DNA of 64,000 bases from NCBI GenBank assembly GCA_050331735.1, contig JBHJGN010000004.1, positions 1 through 64,000 on the forward strand. The letters run 5' to 3'. The stretch comes from Cyanophyceae cyanobacterium (lineage in GTDB: Bacteria > Cyanobacteriota > Cyanobacteriia > Cyanobacteriales > JBHJGN01). The position numbers were made by a program, and so were the translations under genes. The stretch's first letter is position 1; every line of letters starts with the position of its first letter. Shown piece by piece: positions 57,795 to 64,000 of the stretch. Under the pieces are notes generated by a model. That model had not been told where the DNA came from. It saw only the letters and a list, made by a program, of their open reading frames with translations, and did not search any database.

Positions 57795-58421
57795 ATGCAA
57801 GTACCAGTCGAAATCTCTTATCAAAACGTCGAGAAAACCGAGGCCATAGATTCGTTAATTCATGAGAAAATCAGCAAGCTCGAACAATTCTGCGACCATA
57901 TCACCAGTTGTCGGGTAGCGGTTGAGAAAGCTCACGATCATCCGAGCAGTGGTTCTCCGTTTCGAGTCCGTCTAGATATCACGATTCCGCCCGGTCACGA
58001 ACTAGCCGTCAACCGCAACCCCGGAGAAGGCAATCAGTACGACTCACTGCCAACCGTCATTCGAGATGCCTTTGAGGCAGCACGTCGTCAGGTAGTGGAG
58101 CTCAATAGAAGACAGCAGGATCAGGTCAAGCACCATCCCCAGCAGGAAATGGTGGCCGTCGTTACTAAACTATTTAAAGAGCAGGGATACGGCTTTATTA
58201 AAACCCTAGATACCGGACGAGAAATCTACTTTCATCAGAACAGCGTGATTCATGGCGACTTCGACCGCATCGAGGTCGGGACTGGGGTTCAGTTCACGGA
58301 AACGATGGGAGAAATGGGACCGCAAGCAACAACGGTACACATTGTCGATAAAAAAGGGGTCAGCGCGTCAAATAGCGATACAGAAGCCACCGAAGCTGAG
58401 CCGCCTGTAAGCTGGCAATAG
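57795..58421 (+). CDS. HPF/RaiA domain fused to a cold-shock domain
   Basis: QVPVEISYQN...CRVAVE (HPF-like); GYGFI and IYFH (RNP1/RNP2), GPQA. Confidence 0.85.
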   Translation: MQVPVEISYQNVEKTEAIDSLIHEKISKLEQFCDHITSCRVAVEKAHDHPSSGSPFRVRLDITIPPGHELAVNRNPGEGNQYDSLPTVIRDAFEAARRQVVELNRRQQDQVKHHPQQEMVAVVTKLFKEQGYGFIKTLDTGREIYFHQNSVIHGDFDRIEVGTGVQFTETMGEMGPQATTVHIVDKKGVSASNSDTEATEAEPPVSWQ

Positions 58422-58572
58422 TTAGCACAGCGTCGCGTAGTTCTCTTCTAAGAGGATCTAGATTTAGTTAGTGGTTAGTCGTTACTAGCAAAGACTAAGC
58501 TTCACTGACCGCTAACTTGCTAACTCTTCGCTTCTAGCAACTCCACTTTTACGGTCTAACTTTCTGGCAAAA

Positions 58573-59499
58573 TTAAGCTTTCGCCCTTTTTGCTTCTCTC
58601 CACCAGGCTAGTAAAGTACTGGCAACGAAAATACTAGAATAAGCTCCCAAAACGAAGCCGATAATTAAGGCTAAAGCAAAATATTTCAAGGTTTCTCCCC
58701 CAAATAGAAAGATAGCCACCAGGGGAAGTAGGGTAGTGAGCGTGGTATTAATAGAGCGAGTTAAGGTTTGATTAACGGCGCTATCGACAATTTCATTCAT
58801 CGATTCGGTGGAGGACTCGGCGGTAGTTTCGCGAATGCGGTCATAAATGACGACAGTATCGTTGACCGAAAAACCAATGATCGTCAATAGTGCTACCAAA
58901 AATAAGCTATCGACTTCTACGCCAGCGACTAATCCGAGTACGGCAAAAACGCCAGCCGTCACCAAAGCATCGTGAAATAGAGCCAGGATAGCAAAGAAAG
59001 CATAGTCGAACTGAAAGCGAATGCTGAGATAAACAATAATGCCGAAAAAAGAAACAATCAGCGCTAGCAAACCAGCAATAAATAGTTCTCGACCGATGGC
59101 GGGACCAACGGTATCAATCTGAGTTCTCTGCGGATCGAAGGAACCAACAACGGTACTGAGAGCTTCCTGAAGTCGGGTGCGTTCGTCAACATCAAGAGTG
59201 TTAGTCCGAATCGATAACCCTTGCGCGTTCTCTCCGACTACTTGCAGACTGCTGTTTCCTAAGTTTTGCTCTACTAAGACGTCTCGTACTTGAGCAATAT
59301 CAATGGGGTCGTCACAGTTACCTGCCACTGCACAATCACGTTCTAGCTGGAGGCGGGTTCCGCCGACAAAATCTAAGCCGGGACGTAAAGGAGCGTTAAA
59401 ATTGGCAAAGGCAATCGCCATAGCGATAAAACTGCCAATTACAGCAATGGCAGAAACGCTCCACCAAAGATTTCGCTGTTTGATAACGCTAAATTTCAT
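58573..59499 (-). CDS. secF: Protein translocase subunit SecF
   Basis: [31 protein letters not shown]. Confidence 0.97.
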   Translation of the reverse strand: MKFSVIKQRNLWWSVSAIAVIGSFIAMAIAFANFNAPLRPGLDFVGGTRLQLERDCAVAGNCDDPIDIAQVRDVLVEQNLGNSSLQVVGENAQGLSIRTNTLDVDERTRLQEALSTVVGSFDPQRTQIDTVGPAIGRELFIAGLLALIVSFFGIIVYLSIRFQFDYAFFAILALFHDALVTAGVFAVLGLVAGVEVDSLFLVALLTIIGFSVNDTVVIYDRIRETTAESSTESMNEIVDSAVNQTLTRSINTTLTTLLPLVAIFLFGGETLKYFALALIIGFVLGAYSSIFVASTLLAWWREAKRAKA

Positions 59500-59559
59500 G
59501 TTTTCTTCTCGTAGGTGGCAATTGGTAAGCGAGCGATTGAAGCGACTGTCGCTGCCTCT

Positions 59560-60966
59560 CTATGACTTGGCGGAAGCGGGTAGATTAGGACAAAACAATT
59601 CCGGTTTTTGTCGCACTCCCGGAACTCCTAAAACCGTTAGCAGCAGAAAGGTGCGGCTACAGGTAAGTGCCGTAAACATACTGACCGCAACTCCAATTCC
59701 GAGGGTGAGGGCAAACCCTTTTACTAAACCGGACCCGAGCCAGAACAGAGCTGCACAGGCGATTAAAGTTGTCACGTTACTATCTAAAATACTAGAAAAC
59801 GCCCGATAGAAACCAGACTCGACGGAACGATACAGGGTTTTTCCAGAGCGCAGCTCTTCCCTGGTACGCTCAAAAATTAATACATTCGCGTCCACCGCCA
59901 TGCCAATGCTGAGAATAAATCCGGCAATCCCTGGGAGAGTGAGCGTTACGCCGATTAAGGAATAGCAGGCTAGAGTCAGCAAAGTATAAACAACGAGAGC
60001 CACATCCGCAAGCAATCCCGGTAGGCGATAGTAGACAGCAACAAAAATGAGGACCAATACTAAACCAGCGATCGCTGCATAAATGCTGCGCCGAATACTG
60101 TCTTGCCCGAGAGTCGCGCCTACGGTGCGATTTTCAACGACTTCTACCGGAAACGGCAGAGAGCCGCCGCGAATCTGAACCGCTAAAGCGTTGGCGCTTT
60201 CAGCATCAAAGTTACCCGTAATGACGGCACTCCCCCCAGTAATGCCGGTGGCGGCAAATTCCGGTCCTACCACGGGAGCGCTAATTAAAACACTGTCCAA
60301 AAAAATGCCGATGCTGCGCCCGGTTCCGGCTAAATTTTTAGTCAGTTCGGCAAACTTTTCGCCTCCCTCACTGTCGAAACGAATCGCCACTTCCCAGCGA
60401 TTGCCTGCCTGGGTTGGCTGCGGTCGAGCATCTCTAAGATTAGTTCCGACTAGCCCTACCGGAGCAAAGAGTTCGGCTAACGTCTCATTGGTTTGCTGTA
60501 AAGACTGAGTTAGTTGAGCAAGTTCTTCGGGGTTAGACTCGTCTTGCCGCAGGAGCTGAAGCTGCGCTTGAAGCTGCTGCTGAACTCTAAATGCAGCCGC
60601 TAACTGCCCTTCGGTTCCCGGTTGCTGTTCTTTAAACTCTAGCTGGGCCGTTCCGCCCAAAACTCGTTCGGCTTGCGTCGGGTCAGTGATACCGGGTAGC
60701 TGGACGAGAATCTGATCGTCCCCAACGGTTTGCACAACAGGTTCTGCCACTCCGAGGGCATTGATGCGGTTTTCGATCACGCTTTTAACGGCATCAAGGT
60801 CTTCTGCCGATACGTTGGTGACCTCTGCCGTTGGCTGAACAGCCAGAGTCAACTGCGAGCCTCCCCGCAGGTCGAGTCCAAGCTGCAAGGGGATGTATAC
60901 TAAAATGGCGATCGCCGCCGCCACCAAAGCGAGAATAAAGGCAGTCAGTAGTCGCTGTTTTTGCAT
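59560..60966 (-). CDS. secD: Protein translocase subunit SecD
   Basis: [28 protein letters not shown]. Confidence 0.97.
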   Translation of the reverse strand: MQKQRLLTAFILALVAAAIAILVYIPLQLGLDLRGGSQLTLAVQPTAEVTNVSAEDLDAVKSVIENRINALGVAEPVVQTVGDDQILVQLPGITDPTQAERVLGGTAQLEFKEQQPGTEGQLAAAFRVQQQLQAQLQLLRQDESNPEELAQLTQSLQQTNETLAELFAPVGLVGTNLRDARPQPTQAGNRWEVAIRFDSEGGEKFAELTKNLAGTGRSIGIFLDSVLISAPVVGPEFAATGITGGSAVITGNFDAESANALAVQIRGGSLPFPVEVVENRTVGATLGQDSIRRSIYAAIAGLVLVLIFVAVYYRLPGLLADVALVVYTLLTLACYSLIGVTLTLPGIAGFILSIGMAVDANVLIFERTREELRSGKTLYRSVESGFYRAFSSILDSNVTTLIACAALFWLGSGLVKGFALTLGIGVAVSMFTALTCSRTFLLLTVLGVPGVRQKPELFCPNLPASAKS

Positions 60967-61155
60967 AGCCAGTCGGAAAATTAAAAATTCACAGTAAAAA
61001 ATTCAAACTTGCTCTGTCTATTAATTCTAAATTTAAGGCTTGCAGTGAGCTGTTCGACCTGTTCAATCAATTAAAAAGTCAAAACTCCTGTTTAAACCTG
61101 GCCTATTGAATTTTTGATCTCAGTGTACTCGCCATCGCTAACAATTCACCAGTGG

Positions 61156-62133
61156 CTAGATTTGCAGCGCCAGCATTTTTTGCACGGCTTCGGCAATTTG
61201 TGGGGGCTGAACAATCGTATGTCTTTCAAGCATGCCGTTATAGGGTGTAGGAATGTCTTGAGACGACAGCCGCAGCACCGGGGCATCTAGCTCATCAAAA
61301 AGCTGCTCGTTGATCAGCGCCGCTAATTCTGCGCCAATTCCCCCGGTTTTCATGCATTCTTCTACAATAATCACGCGATGGGTTTTCCGCACCGACTCAC
61401 CAATCGTATTCATATCAAACGGCTTGAGGGAAACGAGGTCAATAATCTCTGGATCGCTGCCGTCTAGCTGTTTCAATGCCTGTAAACAGTGATGCCGCAT
61501 TCGCGAGTAGGTGAGAATTGTGATATCTTTGCCTTGGCGAACGACTTCAGCGCGGTCCAGCGGCAGAAGATATTCTTCCTCCGGCAGATTTTCTTTGAGG
61601 TTGTAGAGCAAAACGTGCTCAAAAAACAAAATTGGATTGTCGTCTCGAATGGCAGACTTGAGTAAACCTTTAGCATTATAAGGAGTCGAGCAGGCCACAA
61701 TTTTAAGGCCCGGAACGCCATGAAAGTACGCTTCCAGTCGCTGGGAATGTTCGGCTCCAAGCTGCCGTCCGACTCCGCCCGGTCCCCGAATCACCAGCGG
61801 AATTTTGAAATTGCCGCCAGAGGTGTAGCGCAGCATCCCGGCGTTATTAGCAATTTGGTTGAAAGCCAGCAGCAAAAAGCCCATATTCATGCCTTCGATG
61901 ATTGGTCTCAACCCCGTCATCGCTGCACCTACCGCCATGCCTGTAAAGCTATTCTCGGCGATTGGGGTATCTAAAACCCGCAGTTCGCCATACTTTTTAT
62001 AGAGGTCTTTGGTAACTTTGTAAGAGCCGCCGTAGTGACCGACATCTTCGCCCATCACGCACACGGTTTCATCGCGCGACATCTCTTCATCGACGGCTTC
62101 GCGCAGAGCGTTGAAAAAAAGAGTTTCTGCCAT
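61156..62133 (-). CDS. pdhB: Pyruvate dehydrogenase E1 beta subunit
   Basis: [21 protein letters not shown]; start MAETLFF at 62133. Confidence 0.96.
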   Translation of the reverse strand: MAETLFFNALREAVDEEMSRDETVCVMGEDVGHYGGSYKVTKDLYKKYGELRVLDTPIAENSFTGMAVGAAMTGLRPIIEGMNMGFLLLAFNQIANNAGMLRYTSGGNFKIPLVIRGPGGVGRQLGAEHSQRLEAYFHGVPGLKIVACSTPYNAKGLLKSAIRDDNPILFFEHVLLYNLKENLPEEEYLLPLDRAEVVRQGKDITILTYSRMRHHCLQALKQLDGSDPEIIDLVSLKPFDMNTIGESVRKTHRVIIVEECMKTGGIGAELAALINEQLFDELDAPVLRLSSQDIPTPYNGMLERHTIVQPPQIAEAVQKMLALQI

Positions 62134-62231
62134 ATCTTCACCAGTGACTGCATCTGTCATCCTATCATTAGGCTCAAGGAGATGATGCTCTTTGTCGCAC
62201 AATCACCAAAATAACTGTAGTGCAGTTCGCC

Positions 62232-62891
62232 ATGACTAAACAACCGATTGCCCTGACTAGTCAGCTTTATCGCTACCTCCAAGCGGTTTCTGTCCGCGAA
62301 CCAGAAGTGTTAGCTCAGTTGAGGCAGGAAACAGAAAAGCAACCACTCAGCCAGATGCAGATTCCCCCAGAACAGGCTCAGCTCATGGCGTTACTGGTCC
62401 AGCTCATGGGAGCAAAGAAAACCTTAGAAGTCGGCGTGTTCACGGGCTATAGTACCCTGGCGGTGGCGCTCGCGCTGCCCCCAGACGGTAAAGTGATTGC
62501 CTGCGACGTGAGCGAAGAGTATACGGCGATCGCCCGTCGCTACTGGCAGCAGGCGGGAGTCGCCCACAAAATTGAGCTGCACCTCGCTCCTGCCTTGGCA
62601 ACTTTAGATAAATTCATTCAAGAACAGGCAGAAACTTTTGATTTTGCCTTTATTGATGCCGATAAAAGTAACTACGATTGCTACTACGAACAAGCCCTGA
62701 AGCTGATACGTCCCGGCGGCCTAATTGCTATTGATAATGTCCTTTGGTCAGGAAAGGTAGCCGATCCTGAAGTACAGGATAACCGCACCAAAACTATTCG
62801 GGCTTTGAATCAAAAGCTGTATCAAGATCGGCGGATCGCCCTGAGTTTAGTTCCCGTGGCTGATGGCTTAACTCTGGCCATGAAGCAGTAA
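62232..62891 (+). CDS. Caffeoyl-CoA-type SAM-dependent O-methyltransferase
   Basis: [21 protein letters not shown]. Confidence 0.92.
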   Translation: MTKQPIALTSQLYRYLQAVSVREPEVLAQLRQETEKQPLSQMQIPPEQAQLMALLVQLMGAKKTLEVGVFTGYSTLAVALALPPDGKVIACDVSEEYTAIARRYWQQAGVAHKIELHLAPALATLDKFIQEQAETFDFAFIDADKSNYDCYYEQALKLIRPGGLIAIDNVLWSGKVADPEVQDNRTKTIRALNQKLYQDRRIALSLVPVADGLTLAMKQ

Positions 62892-63011
62892 TCATTTGGT
62901 TCAGCGTTAGCCAACATTGACTGTCCCTTCAATTTTATCAAAGCTGATGATTCTGTGAGACAATACAAGAATAGTTAAACTTCTCCTTGTCCATCTCGCT
63001 TGTGGAAAAAA

Positions 63012-63311
63012 ATGACTAACGGTGTTTCTGAACCCGATAGACTAGAGCGAATAGAAACATTACTAGAAGGATTAACGACAGGTTTTAGTAAGCTAGACTC
63101 TGATGTACGAGACTTGCGTTCTAATGTTGAAGATTTGCGTACCAATGTTGAAGACTTGCGTACCAATGTTGAAACTTTAAACTCAGCCGTTTCTCGCACA
63201 AACGACAAGGTAGAGATCTATCAAAAAGCATCGCAACAAGTAGTTAACCTTGCTTTTGGCTTAATTATTACCTCCGCTTTAGCTATCATTATTCCCGCTG
63301 TCTTAAAGTAA
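63012..63311 (+). CDS. Small coiled-coil protein with C-terminal TM anchor
   Basis: DRLERIE; heptad repeats; [17 protein letters not shown]... Confidence 0.75.
   Translation: MTNGVSEPDRLERIETLLEGLTTGFSKLDSDVRDLRSNVEDLRTNVEDLRTNVETLNSAVSRTNDKVEIYQKASQQVVNLAFGLIITSALAIIIPAVLK
63111..63173 (+). repeat. 3 x 21-bp coding tandem repeat (DLR[ST]NVE)
   Basis: GACTTGCGTTCTAATGTTGAA / GATTTGCGTACCAATGTTGAA / GACTTGCGTACCAATGTTGAA. Confidence 0.9.
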
Positions 63312-63414
63312 ACCTGTAAATAGAAAAATACTTGAGAAATAGAGAGGCTGAGGAGACAGTTAGTAGGGGAGTTTCCGGGGTTAAGAAACCTAATTATCTA
63401 TCAGCAATCAACAA

Positions 63415-64000
63415 TTAACCATTATCGAAACAATAAGGACAAGAAACTCCCTCTTGATACTGCGGTAAAGATTTATCAGCTTCAGAAATGGGATGTCCAC
63501 AGCCTAGACACAGATCGTGACTTCCGGCTTCTAAACCCTCCTTAACGGCCACTCGCTGATCGAAAACGAAACACTCTCCCTGCCATAAACTGTCTTCTGC
63601 CGGAATTTCCCTTAAATAGTTGAGAATACCGCCTTTAAGATGATAAACTTCCGGAAAACCTTGAGACAAAAGGAAAGAGGTCGCTTTCTCACAGCGAATT
63701 CCTCCGGTACAAAATAAGGCAACCTTGCGATGTTTTGCCGGATCGAGATGGGTGCGAACGTAATCGGGAAAGTCTCTAAATGAAGCAGTTTGCGGATCTT
63801 GAGCGTTTTTAAAAGTGCCAATTTTGACTTCATATTGGTTTCGGGTATCAATCACCGTTACTTCTGGATCGCTGATAACGTGATTCCATTCTTGAGGACT
63901 AAGGTATTGACCAACCCGTTGACTTGGATCGATGGCTGGCAAACCGGAAGTGACAATTTCTGGCTTGATGCGTACCTTCAAACGGTCAAACGGTACGCTT
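63415..64000 (-). CDS. Rhodanese-domain protein, TrhO/YceA-like (5' part beyond the window)
   Basis: [49 protein letters not shown]. Confidence 0.88.
   Translation of the reverse strand, partial: SVPFDRLKVRIKPEIVTSGLPAIDPSQRVGQYLSPQEWNHVISDPEVTVIDTRNQYEVKIGTFKNAQDPQTASFRDFPDYVRTHLDPAKHRKVALFCTGGIRCEKATSFLLSQGFPEVYHLKGGILNYLREIPAEDSLWQGECFVFDQRVAVKEGLEAGSHDLCLGCGHPISEADKSLPQYQEGVSCPYCFDNG

Overview
Cyanobacterial chromosomal window: dozens of HIP1 GCGATCGC octamers, plus psbA, ocp/frp, sigG and nrtS. Housekeeping genes include hom, gltX, dnaK, secDF, pdhB and a partial trhO-like gene. Accessory content: two TpsA/filamentous-haemagglutinin-like genes flanking an oversized carotenoid-oxygenase-family gene; a TetR-SDR unit with paired operators; PadR with a truncated DUF4188 gene; a sugar ABC importer; decayed toxin-antitoxin genes next to an ISKra4-family IS; a complete PatA-CheY-CheW-MCP-CheA-CheW operon; a PRK paralogue lacking the Walker-A Cys; and csgG-like, hldE and GT9 genes. 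The most striking unexplained structure is non-coding. At least 22 short (13-14 nt) hairpins with covarying 5-bp stems sit with fixed polarity inside GGGGAAA-type repeat tracts hugging gene ends, sometimes rewriting protein C-termini. Two inverted MITE-like copies with 3-bp target duplications also interrupt a DUF29-like pseudogene. No rRNA, tRNA or CRISPR array was seen. Family assignments come from motif recognition, not database searches.
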